64,000 nucleotides of DNA from Octopus vulgaris (Eukaryota), in assembly GCA_951406725.2 (NCBI GenBank), contig OX597832.1, positions 28,458,001 through 28,522,000 on the forward strand, read 5' to 3'. The stretch's first letter is position 1, and every line of letters begins with the position of its first letter. The position numbers and the translations under genes are program-made. Positions 1-14,276 of this stretch are shown here, piece by piece. The notes beneath the pieces are model-generated. The model searched no databases. It had not been told where the DNA came from and saw nothing but the letters and a program-made list of their open reading frames with translations.

Positions 1-240
1 ACATTCACATTCATTCACACAGATATAGGGATACACACACACATACACACACACATGTACGCGCCCGCACGCACACACACACACACACACAGAGACACAC
101 ACACACTTCATGTATACATTTCGGCAATGACATACACACAATATTTTGTATATATTGGGTCACATGGCAGTTACAGAATTAGAAATACACACACACAATC
201 ACACACACACAAACACACACACACACACGCACACACTCAT

Positions 241-277
<37 letters not shown>

Positions 278-1024
278 CACTCACGCGCACGCGCGCACAC
301 TTCTCTGTGTTCGTGACAGAAAGAGAAAGAAGGGTGTGTGTGCAGAATTGGCAACTAGCAACTTTATAAATAAACCGTTTTACAAGAAGTTTTTGGCAAT
401 TCCTTCAACAGACCACCGTCACCCCCTACACACACATATGTGTGTGCATTTACATATAAACATACATGCATACATGTACATATATATGTATGTGTATATG
501 TATGTTTGTGGGTGGGTGTGTATAATTTATGATTTTTAAAAAATTAAAAAATAGTTTTCTTTTAGCACAGTGTAATGTGGCACCGCTCCCTCTCCTGCTC
601 CACCTCTCTCTTTCTCCCCGTTTCTTCTTTCTTCCTCTCTCTCTCTCATTCATCCCACAAACAGTTGTATGTACGTGTGTGTGTGTGTGTGTATGTGTGT
701 GTGTGTGTGTGTTATACATATATATATATGTATGTATGTATATGTATGTATATATATATTTATATATATATATGCATATATATGTGTGTGCGTGTATTTG
801 TATATATATATAGATATATGTGTGTGTATGTGTATATATATATGTGTGTGTGTGTGTATGTGTATATTTGTATATATATATGCGTGTGTATGTATGTATG
901 TGCATGTGTGTATTTTTATGTTTACATACATGCTCACACACATACTTATGCATATATATATATATATGTATGTATGTGTATGTGTGTATATATGTATATA
1001 TGTATGTATATATATGCATATATT

Positions 1025-1060
<36 letters not shown>

Positions 1061-1650
1061 TGTGTATGTGTGTATGTGCATGTGTGTGTGTGTATGTTTA
1101 TGTTTACATACATGCTCACACACACACATATGCATATATGTATGTGTGTGTGTATGTATGTATGTATGTATACGCATTACATACATATCAGAGCGTGCGT
1201 ACAATCCAGTGGGTGTGGCAACATATATACACGTCCGGTGATATTGATTATAAGCATTTTTTAGTCTACTTATGTTATTTAACCCTAAGTCACTAACGAT
1301 CCACCAGACCTTTGATCAAACCCATTCCAACGATGACCAATCCAACCGTTGTTCAACTGCCTTATTTTCTAAGGCTACGTTATTTTCATTTTCTAATGTG
1401 TCCTGCATTTTAGACGCTATGGTACGATTCAGCTGCTATTTCTTGCAGAGTGTGTGACCACGTAGAGGCTCCTTCACTCGTTCGTTTGTGTTGCTGTTGC
1501 TGGAAGTGGTGGCGTTTCTGGTAGCAGTGTAGGCGTTAGTAGAGATGGTGGTGGTTATAGTATTTGTGGTGGTAGAGGTGTTGGTGGTGGCGATGGCTGT
1601 GGCGATAGTGCTGTTGGTGGTAGTGATGTTGGTGTTAGTAGATGCAATAA

Positions 1651-1715
<65 letters not shown>

Positions 1716-2028
1716 TCATCAGTAGTGGTGGCCACGGATTGTCATCAGCTGCGGTACATTGCAGAAGTTTGCTCCGTCATTGCACGTGTTCTTTCTCAAT
1801 AACAACAGTCAACAGACGGTTGTTCTTAGATCGATAACAAGCGGGTATATCAAGCTAACCAAGTCAACAAGCCACCCGGATAGCCACATGGATAACCACT
1901 CGGATATCCAACAAGCCAGACAGCCACCCGTAATTCACCATCGAGACACAAGTCATGCCACACCCACTCACCACTTTATGAACCTACCCGTTACTCACCC
2001 ATTCACTTACAATCTCTATCTCTCTCCG

Positions 2029-2060
<32 letters not shown>

Positions 2061-2080
2061 TGTATGTATGTATGTATGTA

Positions 2081-2205
<125 letters not shown>

Positions 2206-2252
2206 GAGTCTGTCTATACGGAGAGAGATAGAGATTAAAAGATGAAGATAGA

Positions 2253-2299
<47 letters not shown>

Positions 2300-2407
2300 G
2301 CAGACAGGCAGACGGACGGACGGACGGACGGACGGACGGATGGATGGATGGATATATATATATAATATATATAAATAGATGAGTGTATTCTTCCTTTGTT
2401 AAACTTC

Positions 2408-2454
<47 letters not shown>

Positions 2455-2488
2455 AATACATACATACATACATACATACATACATACA

Positions 2489-2521
<33 letters not shown>

Positions 2522-2554
2522 GAGTCTGTTTAGTGTATATAGATACATACATAA

Positions 2555-2588
<34 letters not shown>

Positions 2589-2594
2589 AGTGTA

Positions 2595-2661
<67 letters not shown>

Positions 2662-2768
2662 TGTTTCTTATTATACACAGGGCTGCAAAGATAGAACAAA
2701 TTACAAGGTGAGCTTTTCTTTGGGGGTAAAAAAAGGAGAGGGTGGTTTTCGATCCTTTGTTAAACTTC

Positions 2769-2802
<34 letters not shown>

Positions 2803-2939
2803 GGCCTGGGTATTTGGACCCAGAATGTATACATACATATACATACATACATACATACATACATACGAAATTCAGGCAATCCTACACGAAGAGCATACGT
2901 AACACAATAGACGGCGGCGGTGTAGGAATAAACATTCAC

Positions 2940-2993
<54 letters not shown>

Positions 2994-3112
2994 TAATAGA
3001 TAAGATATATAGAGTGAAGAAAGAAGGAAAGAAAGAGAGAAAGAAAGGAAAGCGATAGACAAATAGGCAGATAACTATATACATATATATAGTTAAAAAG
3101 ATAGGTAGACAG

Positions 3113-3350
<238 letters not shown>

Positions 3351-3971
3351 ACAGACACACAGATTGTCAAATAGACAGACAGGCAGATAAATAGATTGGA
3401 TAGATAGATAGAGAGAGAGGTAGATAGCTAGATTGAACCAGAGAAAGAAGGATGTTTCATATGAATGAGTGTATGTATAAAGGGTGATCGATATAATTGG
3501 TGACCCCGGCCTAACACCCTCCCCACCCTCACAGTGCCCTGGATGTCCCCTAATAGAATCCACCATGCTTACAAGTATATGGACCTGTCTGTTTTCCCTC
3601 CTCTCTCTCTCTCTTTCCATAAGCAGAGATGCCCTACTTTCCTATGCAGTAAACCGCTTGGGGTGGATTCCCAACTCCCACCCGCCTTTGCACCAATCAA
3701 TCTCGGTGACCGTCGATAAATATTTTGGAGTTGTTCGCCTCCGTTTTCTTTGAAAGCCAGGAAATCAAACAAACATGTGTGGGTATCAGTGACGAAACGG
3801 GTGGAATTGCAGTGTGTGTGTGTGTGTGTCTGTGTGTGTGTGTCTGTGTTTATGTATGTGTATGATCGTGTTTGGAGACACACATGTCTGTGTTTATGAC
3901 AGAATTTATTTATTTTTCACAATATGTCTTTAATCATGGTTATGCTGGAAATAAACAGTGTGCCATATATA

Positions 3972-4016
<45 letters not shown>

Positions 4017-4466
4017 TGAGTTATATACATGTATATATAGTGTTATATATATATATATAAACACAAATACACACACATGCACTTACACACACTTGCACGT
4101 AGACATTTATGTGTATATCAGACAGTTTTATCTGTCTATGTGAGTCTGTATATATATATGCATTTTTCTCCCTTTCTCACTCACACACACACACAAACAC
4201 ATGCATATTATATATATATATGATTTTCGTCATTTTCCCCCCTTTGCCTATGTGGTTTGTCTTCAAGTGCTTTGGTTTTTATCTAACGGGAAGCTTTATG
4301 AAAATAGACAAAAGACGAGGCAGGTGGAAAACAAACGAACAATTGTATTAGTATGGCGCTCAGGAAATATAAATAAAACAAGTCTTTAACGTTTCGAGCC
4401 TACGCTCTTCAACAGAAAGATACACAGAGAGAAAAAAAACACAGAAAGAAGGAGATAAAAAAATGC

Positions 4467-4552
<86 letters not shown>

Positions 4553-5354
4553 CGTACGCCTTCAAACACACTGAGTGACGTAGAACGTCTTGAGAAGTCT
4601 GTGAAGTGGGTGTTGACTGCAGACTTAGCTTCCGACCGAAGGAACACACATACACATACACACATACACAAATACGCATACACACATACACACACACACT
4701 CTTTCTTTCTTTCTCTTTCTCACACACACAAAGACACGCATGCACACACACACACACACACATACACGTTTTATTAGGGTAAAGCTAACACGACCCTAAT
4801 CATAGCACTCATCCACCTCTGTGTCCACTCCACATATCAGGGGTACCGCATTCACGGTACGTTGTAGGTGAGAGTGACTTATGCTCTGAGATCAAATTAC
4901 GCCAAGGTCAATTTTGCTTTTCATTCCTCCTGGGTCGACTGGGGATCCATGTATATTCTTCTAACGCTTCCAAGATGTCAATGCAATTATATCAGAATTC
5001 TTTGTTCCACTCCCTTAGACGTCATCCCTGCATCTCCTAAACCCTACATACCTTCCGCCCCTACAGATCCCCCACCCCTGCAGTCTTCTCCTTTTGTCTG
5101 CGCCTGCTTCAAACACAAACCACCAGCAAATAGATCCCAACCACTTTCATACACCCCCTCACAAACGATTATCCCTGTTTTTTCAAGATGTGCAGGGGCC
5201 CCGAACTACAGTGTCCGTTGCACTTTCGTTCCAGATAAAAGTAATTTAAGAAATAAATAAATAAAGAAAGAAATAAAGAAAGAAAGAAAGAAAGAGGCAA
5301 ATTTAAGGCAATTTTCTAAACTGTGTGGCGACACTGATACAAGTAAAAACTTAC

Positions 5355-5493
5355 CTGGGTAAAGCCCAATCGGGGTACCAATCGGGGTCTCTCTATATCT
5401 GATGATGAATTCATCTTCGGGTGGGGCCGTCTCTAATACGGTCCCAAAGGCAACCCCATTGAGGTCAGTGCTACTAGGACGGACTGAGGACAT
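5355..5493 (-). CDS. Probable first coding exon of an unidentified minus-strand gene (MSSVRPSSTDLNGVAFGTVLETAPPEDEFIIRYRETPIGTPIGLYP|G)
   Basis: Non-repetitive sequence; CAAA-ATG start context; 46 codons + 1 nt ending at a perfect CAG|GTAAGT donor. No downstream exon identified in the window; product not recognised. Confidence 0.55.
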
Positions 5494-6319
5494 TTTGGTC
5501 AGTATGAAAATATAAAAGATATTATGTTGGTCAACGCTGTGGAGTTGTGGTAAGTTTCCGGTGACCCGATCTTACGATGCGGTTTCGAATCCTTGTTGAT
5601 TGCATATATATATAATAAAAAAATATTTTCCCGTGTCTCCAATTTTTATTCTATTCTTTACTTGGTTCTTAAGCAGTGGAACCCATTGATGGATACTGCT
5701 GACCAGCATTAAAAAAAAGTCTGATCAAGCCATTAACTATTACCGCAATATATATGTGTGTGTGTCTGTGTGTGTGTGGATATATACGTAGTGGTGGGTG
5801 GTACAGAGGAGCTCAAATGTATCTCATTTTACATGGCATAGAAAACTTTATCAATGTATGGATATAAATAATAATAATAATAATAATAATAATAATTTCT
5901 TATAAAAATAGTGACAGACGAGGATGGTATAAATGAAAGAATATATATATATGTGTGTGTGTATATATACTTAGATGTTGGCTGTGTTTATGTATAGCGA
6001 ATTTCGTTTGTGTTGAAGAGTTTTCACAAGTTTGTAACAATTCCAAAGCTTCGTGTTTCTGCGAGAAGCGAAACTGAAGAAAGATGTTGGTGCTGCGAAT
6101 ATGGCGATAATGGAAGCGAAGGATTTCAGCTGAGATGTTTTGGTTTTAGCTAAATAGTTTTGCGTCTGAATTATTTTCTTTGCGGCATCCACCGTTACTA
6201 CAGGCGAAGATGCTGAAGAAGAAGATGAAGAAGATGAAGATGAACACGCAGTACCAATTCCATGTGAAAGTAAAGAATAGATGATGGACGGTGGTAGAGG
6301 AAACTGGTTTGTGTGTTTT

Positions 6320-6370
6320 CGTATTGACTGACTGCAAGTGAGTTTGGAGTAGAACTCGCCTTAAATCGAT
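6320..6370 (-). promoter_or_regulatory. Possible core promoter of the minus-strand gene (TATA-like element + Inr-like TCAGTC)
   Basis: Minus strand reads GATTTAAGG, then GCAGTCAGTC about 32-36 nt downstream, at the boundary between microsatellite and unique sequence leading toward the 5493 ATG. Confidence 0.3.
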
Positions 6371-6650
6371 GCGTGTGCGCGTGCGTGTGCGTGGGTACGT
6401 GTGCGTGCGTGCGTGCGTGCGTGTGTGTGTGAGTCAGTGCTTGCATGTATGTGAAAGAGGGCCACATATACATACATATATATATATATGTTCATGCGTG
6501 GAGTGTGTGTGTGTATAATATGTGAAGCTGTATATTTTTCCTCTGCATCTCTGTTTCGCTAACTCCTTCTCTTTTGCCTTGTTCCACCCCCCTCTCTCTC
6601 TCTCTGCCTCTCTTCTGCCTCTCTCGCTCTCTCTCTCCCTCTTTCTATCT

Positions 6651-6710
<60 letters not shown>

Positions 6711-6734
6711 CTATATATATATGTATGTATATGC

Positions 6735-6768
<34 letters not shown>

Positions 6769-6769
6769 G

Positions 6770-7023
6770 GGTACTATTTAAGAAGAGTGGTCCCGGTGCG
6801 CGTACTCGCGTACTCGCGCATCCGCGCTAGCTAGTCGTGACTAGTCGATCCTTACTTTTGTGTTTTTGTATTTTATTTACTTTGTGTAAAAAAAAAATGA
6901 TTTATTTTGTGTTTTATTTACTTTGCTAGGTAGTCGTTGCTGGATCGACTAGTCACGACTAGCTAGCGCGGATGCGCGAATACGCGAGTGCGCGCACTGG
7001 GACCACTCTTCTTAAATAGTACC
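6770..7023. mobile_element. Mutator (MULE)-type MITE
   Basis: About 82-bp near-perfect TIRs (6770-6851 / 6942-7023) starting GGTAC; 9-bp TSD ATATATATG. Confidence 0.85.
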
Positions 7024-7312
7024 ATATATATGTGTGTGGCGTGTTTAGCTGTTTTGTAACAACAGCACATGTGTATAGAATTCCTCCTTTTCTCTCTTCC
7101 TTCTTCATATGTTTCCCTATTTTCCTGAACATTCTGTTGCCTAAAACATACTACTACCTCTACTACTACTTTAGTTTTAGTCTTTCTTTTTTTATCCCCG
7201 AAAACATCAACTACCTGAGTCTGTGCGTGTGTCAGGTTTATAAAAGTTACAACACCTATCTCTCACTCTCTCTCTCTCTCTCTCCCACACTCGCTCTCTA
7301 TCTATCTTTCTG

Positions 7313-7389
<77 letters not shown>

Positions 7390-7434
7390 CTCTATCTGTC
7401 TGTCTATCTGTCTGTCTGTCTATCTATCTGTCTG

Positions 7435-7493
<59 letters not shown>

Positions 7494-8137
7494 GTGCAGC
7501 CCTGTGTGGCTAATAAAGAAACATATCTATCTATCTATCTGTCTGTCAATCTATGTATTTACCTCTCTCTTTCTCTATCTGCTTGTATGTCTGCCTCTCT
7601 CTCCCCCCCTCTCTCTCTCTCTCTCCCTCTCAGCCCTCTCTCTGTTAACCTGTCTGTCTATCTACGTCTCTGCGAAGTGAAATAGTAAATGATACTAAAA
7701 GAGGAATTGGTAAAGAATCCGCACCAACAGCTGTAGTTGTTCTACTGAGAGTCACTCACCGTCACTCACCCTCACTCTCACTTACAGATAGTCTCACTCA
7801 CAAACACCAAACGCAAAATACACCCCCAACCCGTTTTGCATACGAACGTCTAAGCACCATCATTATTATCAAACCACCACCAACGCCACCAACACCACCA
7901 TCGTCATCGTCGTCGTCTTCGTTGTTGTTGTTGTTGTTATCGCATCGGGGAAATCCTCGGGTTTGGAAACGTTCGTATTTCCTTTGTGGCGATGATGTCT
8001 TTTAGTTCCTCTCTTCCGCCAGAAAGTAAGGAGGAGTCGAAGACTTCCATTTGCTTAACGGCAGAACATGAAGAACTGCAACAGGATAGTGTCAACGGTC
8101 TCCGCCACACACACACACACACACACACATATGTCCA

Positions 8138-8211
8138 CGGGTATATGGCGTAGTGGTTAAGAGCGCGGGCTACTAACCCCAAGATTCCGAGTCCGATTCC
8201 AGGCAGTGACT

Positions 8212-8214
<3 letters not shown>
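8138..8214 (+). mobile_element. Short tRNA-like SINE with (AAT)n tail
   Basis: A-box TGGCGTAGTGG, B-box-like GAGTCCGATTCC; acceptor stem does not close; runs into (AAT)n. Confidence 0.6.
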
Positions 8215-8303
<89 letters not shown>

Positions 8304-8306
8304 AAT

Positions 8307-8685
8307 AGATTTGACAAACTTAGTAAATATAAGGATCTGGAAATCGAAATACAAAAGATGTGGAATCTTAAAACAAAAACTGTTCCTGTTATTGTAGGTG
8401 CCCTAGGTATGATAAAAAAGGGATGTCAGAAACACCTAGACAATATCCCTGGAGAACCATGTCTCAAGGAAATCCAAAAGATTGTGCTAACAAGTACTGC
8501 CCACATCCTTAGAAAAACCCTATCAATGTAAATGTTTGTGTTTGTATTACATGGAGATATTTCTCTACTTCCCCTCCCCAAGCTTTCAGCTATATTTCAA
8601 CAACTCTTAACCTTCACTTGCCCTAGGGCGCTGGGTGTGCCCCGGCAAGTGATTGCATCAAACATGCAGATTAAAAGTAAATGAC
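8307..8685 (+). mobile_element. R4/Dong-clade LINE 3' fragment (restriction-like endonuclease end) in (TAA)n
   Basis: KLSKYKDLEIEIQKMWNLKTKTVPVIVGALG...IQKIVLTSTAHILRKTL-stop, then 3' UTR and (AAT)n. Confidence 0.82.
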
Positions 8686-8754
<69 letters not shown>

Positions 8755-8755
<1 letters not shown>

Positions 8756-9032
8756 GATACCTAACTCAGATACCAGGAAACCCCAAAATGGCAGAAATTC
8801 AAAAGATAGTGCTCATGGGAACTGCTCACATCCTACGCAAAATACTTTCTATGTAATCTCAAGGTTTAAAACAAACATTTTTTTTTTAGACATCCACCAG
8901 TAAAACACAAAAAACAACCAAATATATGGCACACTAGGCATAACAACAACGTGAACTTCCAACCTGTTGTCTCTTGAGGTCTCTGGGTGAGACGTGGAGC
9001 CAACTTGTACAAACATAAAGCAAAAGTCAAAC

Positions 9033-9035
<3 letters not shown>
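8755..9035 (+). mobile_element. Second R4/Dong-clade 3' fragment
   Basis: YLTQIPGNPKMAEIQKIVLMGTAHILRKIL-stop + UTR between (AAT)n runs; its 3' end recurs inverted at about 17699-17779. Confidence 0.78.
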
Positions 9036-9096
<61 letters not shown>

Positions 9097-9648
9097 CTGA
9101 TGCAGTACCAGGCAGTGGCTCTCATGGCTTCTGATCTTAACTGATTGGAAGTGTTATCATGTACATTGTTTTGTCTTGGTATAAAAGATGGGCTACAGCA
9201 AATATTCTGCTCAGTACCACAGATTTGCTTGTCAGTTGTTTGACCTTAACCAGTTGAGCATGTCCCTTAGTGGCTGACGATATGTGCATCTCTGATCACG
9301 AGCAGAAGTAGTGGGGGAGCATCATAGCCATGTGTTGAGAGGGATTCTTTGGGGTTTGAATAATTCACCTCTGGAAACATGGGTGGTCCTTTCAACATCC
9401 TTAAACAACCCTTATTCAGGGACCTTTTGAGTGGGATGGGCTACTCAACCTGAAGAAAATTCTAACTGGGCCCCACCTGCAAGGTCATGTGCTGTTTATC
9501 TTGATATGAGATCACCATGTCGCGCACATATGGTTGTGATGCATGTGCCTGGTGTACCCTTATCAGACGGGTAGTCATGATGGGTATATTGGGCTTCGTA
9601 TATTTTACCCCAGTGTCACTTTGATGGCATGAACTGCTCTCTCACTCA
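9097..9648 (+). mobile_element. Third (TAA)n-embedded retroelement 3' segment
   Basis: Bounded by (AAT)n; its terminus and an internal 25-mer recur inverted at 33772-33790 and 33838-33864. Confidence 0.6.
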
Positions 9649-9690
9649 ATAATAATAATAATAATAATAATAATGATGATGATGATGATG

Positions 9691-9754
<64 letters not shown>

Positions 9755-9817
9755 CAACAACAACAACATTGAAAACTACCTTAGGAATGAGAACCCAGGT
9801 TCGAAATTTTCCCCCAA

Positions 9818-9863
9818 GACACCTGATGAAAGCTGGAGGGTATATCAGCCGAAACATTGTGTT
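9818..9863 (+). ncRNA. Minimal hammerhead-like motif, degenerate
   Basis: gacac-CTGATGA-a-agctgg(agggtata)tcagcc-GAAAC-ATT-gtgtt; same family as 41524. Confidence 0.45.
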
Positions 9864-9964
9864 AACAACAAACAAGATGAGGACAAATATCCGTCAAATG
9901 TAAATAATGTAAATAATTCCTCATCTCTTAAATATAGAACTATAAAATTAATGCTGATAATGTA

Positions 9965-10375
9965 GGAGTGGCTGTGTGGTAAGTAGCTTGCTAACCAACC
10001 ACATGGTTCCGGGTTCAGTCCCACTGCATGGCACCTTGGGCAAGTGTCTTCTGCTATAGCCCCGGGCCGACCAATGCCTTGTGAGTGGATTTGGTAGACG
10101 GAACCTGAAAGAAGCCTGTCGTATATATGAATATATATATATATGTATGTGTGTGTATGTGTTTGTGTGTCTGTGTTTGTCTCCCTAGCATTGCTTTACA
10201 ACCGATGCTGTTGTGTTTACGTCACTTAGCGGTTCGGCAAAAGAGACCGATAGAATAAGTACTAGGCTTACAAAGAATAAGTCCCGGGGTCGATTTGCTC
10301 TACAAAAAGGCGGTGCTCCAGCATGGCCGCAGTCAAATGACTGAAAAAAGTAAAAGAGTAAAAGAGTAAAGAGAG
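9965..10375 (+). mobile_element. tRNA-derived SINE family B with an internal (TA)/(TG) microsatellite
   Basis: GGAGTGGCTGTGTGGTAAG..GGTTCAGTCCC head, CCTTGGGCAAG core, GTAAAAGA tail. Other copies at about 10601-10990, 12164-12325, 18811-18975, 24630-24830, 31170-31642, 39575-39890, 45960-46400, 47135-47545, 49320-49583, 52255-52545, 59270-59406, 61915-62302. Confidence 0.85.
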
Positions 10376-11417
10376 AGACCATAATAATGGTGATGTGGCA
10401 AAATGGTTTGCATGCCGAGCAAAATGTTTACTTGCATTTCGTCCGTCTTTACGTTCTGAATACAAATTCTGCCGATGCCGACTTTGCCTTTCATCCGTTC
10501 TGAGTCAATAAAATCAGTACCAGTTACACACTGGGGTCGATATAATCGACTTACCCACCGCTTCCCAAATTGCTGGTCTTGTGCCTAAATTTGAAACCAT
10601 AGGCGCAGCGTGAATGTGTGGTAAGAAGCTTGTTTTCCAACCACACTGGTTCTGGGTTCAGTCCCACTGCTTGGTACCGCGGTCAAATGTCTTCTTCTAT
10701 AGCCTCTGACCGACCAAAGCTTTGTGAGTGGATTTGATCGACGGAAACTGAAAGAAGCCCGTCGTAATATATATATGTGTGTGTGTGTATGTGTGTGTGT
10801 GTGTGCTTGTACCCTCACCATCGTTTAACAACGGATGTTGGTGTGTTTATGTCTCCGTAACTTAGCGGTTCGGTAAGAGACACCGATAGAATAAGTACTA
10901 GTCTTACAAAGAATAAGTCCCGGGGTCGATTCGTTCGACTAAAGGTAGTACTCCAGCATGGCCGCAGCCAAATAACTGAAACAAGTAAATGACTAAATGA
11001 CAGAGAAAGAATATAATCTTCGCAAAGTTCTAGAAGCACCAAACTGCTACAATCGCACTTTGGACATCAAAACGTCTTTGAGACTTCGAAGTCCCAGAAT
11101 GAAAATACTTTCTCTGACGGGTGTGTGGCCCTCGGCTGGCGATGGAATGTGATGCTGTCGTCATCAGCAAGGAACATAGTCACTGACCAGAGTAGCATAT
11201 CGATTACCTTTCAACTGAAGACGCGCCGTTATCAATAGTTCGATGACAGAGGGCAACAAATTCTTCTTTCAATTTCTCTCTTCTCTATCGTTACACACAC
11301 ACATACACACGCGCACACACAAACACATACAAATACACACACATACATATACATAGATATATGCATGTATATACATGTGTGTATATATTTATGCATTTGT
11401 GTGTATATATGTATATA

Positions 11418-11458
<41 letters not shown>

Positions 11459-11852
11459 AATCCAAACGGGAAAACAAAAAAACAACAACAATGGAACAAT
11501 TACAGTATTATTATTAATAGGCGCTCAGGAAATGGAAGCAGGAGGGTATGACGTTTCGAGCGGAGCTCTTCGTCGGAAACATAAAGAAGGAAGAGAGAGG
11601 AAAGAAAGATCCCAAAGCGGGCAACAGGGATAGAGGAAAAAAACGACTGGTGTTTACGAGTTGCACATGGTGAAAGGCGGAAGTTTACGATAACAAGAGC
11701 AAAGTAGGTTTTTAAAGGCAAAAGAGTGGAGACAAGGTTGGTAACGCAACAGATGTGTGTGTATGTGTGAGTGTGTGCGTGTGCGTGTGTGTATGTGTGT
11801 GTGTGAGGCGAGATAAAAAAAAACAAAAAATATATGTATGTGTTAGTGTGTG

Positions 11853-11896
<44 letters not shown>

Positions 11897-12040
11897 AACA
11901 ACTGATGAAGGATCGGTCTTTATGTTGTTTGTCTTGCTTTCCATTTGTGTCTTTCGTTCTTCAAAAAATAGTTCATATTCCATGTACTCGTACTTCGTAT
12001 TTTTTGTTGTACACGTTTCATGACGTCCTGTGCCCACATA

Positions 12041-12093
<53 letters not shown>

Positions 12094-12118
12094 AGATGTA
12101 AGTATGTACATATAGGTA

Positions 12119-12166
<48 letters not shown>

Positions 12167-12331
12167 CGCAGGAGTGACTGTGCGGTAAGTGGCTTGCTTA
12201 TCAACCAAATGGTTCTGGGTTCAGTCCCACTGCGTGGCACTTTGGGCAAGTGTCCTTTACCTCCGCCCGACCAAAGCCATGTGGATGGATTTGGTAGACG
12301 GAAACTGAAAGAAGTCCATCGTATACATACA

Positions 12332-12367
<36 letters not shown>

Positions 12368-12610
12368 TGTGTGTGTTTGTGTGTGTGTGTGTGTGCGTGT
12401 ATACGCATATATCTGAAGAGAGAGGAGGGTGGAGAGATGGGTTGGGGTATTGAAAATGAAGATTAATAATATGAATATGGTTTGCAGGAAGATAGAATCC
12501 ACGATAAAGGAAAACCACCAGAGAATCGCATACAATGCAACAATTGGTTCTTTGGAATATGGCGTCAGCTTTCTGGACATCCTAGTGACAGACGTTGGTA
12601 CTGGTGCCAC

Positions 12611-12668
<58 letters not shown>

Positions 12669-12851
12669 ATATATGTATTTATATGGGTATACAAGTGTAT
12701 GTATGTAAATATCAGCGAATGTATAAAATGGCGAATGTTGGCATGTGTATATGCATATGAGCATGTATACATATGCATGTGTATGAGGGAGAGGGGGGAT
12801 TCAATTTGCATAAATGTATTTGTGTGCATAATTGGGTTCAATGTACGCATC

Positions 12852-12890
<39 letters not shown>

Positions 12891-13917
12891 TGTGTGTGCG
12901 TGTTTCAGAATATGTAGTTGTATGTACGTGTGAGTTTTATAGAGTCAGAACATGTGAGCGGACGAGTGTGTATATGCGTGTTGCTATGTGTGGATGGTGA
13001 GCGTATACATGTATGTATGAATGTATGTATGTATGTATGTATGTATGCATGTATGTGTGTATATATGTATGTACGTATGTATGTGTGCATGTGTGTATGT
13101 GTGCATGTATGTATGTATGTGTGTGTATGTCTGTCTGTCTGTCTGTCTGCATGCATGTATGTATGTATGTATGTATGTATATATGTATGCATGCATGCAT
13201 GTATGCATGCATACATGCATGCATGTATGCATATATGTATGCATGTATGTATAATGTATGAATGTATGTATTATGTATGCATGCATGCATGTATGTATGC
13301 ATGTATGTATGCATGTATGTATAATGTATGTATGCATGTATGTATAATGTATGTATGTATGTATGTATGCATGCATGTATGCATGTATGCATGTATGTAT
13401 ATATATATGTGTGTATGTATGCATCTATGTATGCATATATGTATGTATGCATGTATATATGTATGCATACATCATGTATATATCTATGTATGTATGCATG
13501 AATATATCTATGTATGTTTGTGTGTATTTTCTGTGAATTGTTAGAACAAAAAAAAAAATGTCGATGCTTTCCAAACAAAAACACAAAGCAACATGATTAT
13601 AATAAAACATTTACATAAAAACATTACATGCTGAACTTTACAAAAGTCTTGTATATTTTTACTGTTCCGCTTACAGATCATATTTACAAAATACAAATTA
13701 GCTGGTCACTTCCATTGCCTGAAAAAAACCTTTCTCGTCCAAACTCCAAGATATTTACTAACACAACCAAAAGCACCAATAATTATAAACGTGAATTTGT
13801 CATTTGAGTAGAGAAGTTTACAGAAATCGAAATTGTTGTCTATGAATGCGTAGGTGTCGTGTGCTGTAGCGTAGCGTCTCCGAGGTGTGCAGCCCGTACA
13901 GGGCTGTTAAGCTAAAT

Positions 13918-14276
13918 CAGGGGTTCTTGACCATTTTTTTTATCTATGGACCCCTTTGAGTACTATATTATTCTGGTGGAAACCCCCCCCCCCCCGGTAA
14001 CCATTCGATGCTTAAAACTAGTTTTATAGAAACTCCTTTCAAAATTCCTAATCTGTTTTCCTTACTTGTGTAGGCTGAATTATCTAAAATGCTACAGAAA
14101 GAAACCTGGCTGTTTTTTGCTATAAATACCAATACATATATCTAAAACGAATTTTTTTTTTAGGGGTCTTTAAAATACTATATGGGCCCCCAATTTACTA
14201 TTTTCTTACGTGGACCGCCAAAATTCTTATGTGTCCCTCTAGGGCTGTATAGATCCCGGTTGAGAAAAAAGGCTCT
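13918..14276. mobile_element. Degenerate hAT-like MITE
   Basis: CAGGGGTTCTTGACC left end, GGTTGAGAA...CTG right end; left end recurs at about 37052. Confidence 0.45.

Noticed and set aside
5971-6192. 73-aa minus-strand ORF upstream of the 5493 exon
   Set aside because: GTG start and no recognisable similarity; more plausibly untranslated leader.
8138-8214. tRNA gene candidate (also the SINE heads at 43855, 16345, 9965)
   Set aside because: A and B boxes are present but the cloverleaf acceptor stem does not close, and the sequence continues into SINE body or tail.
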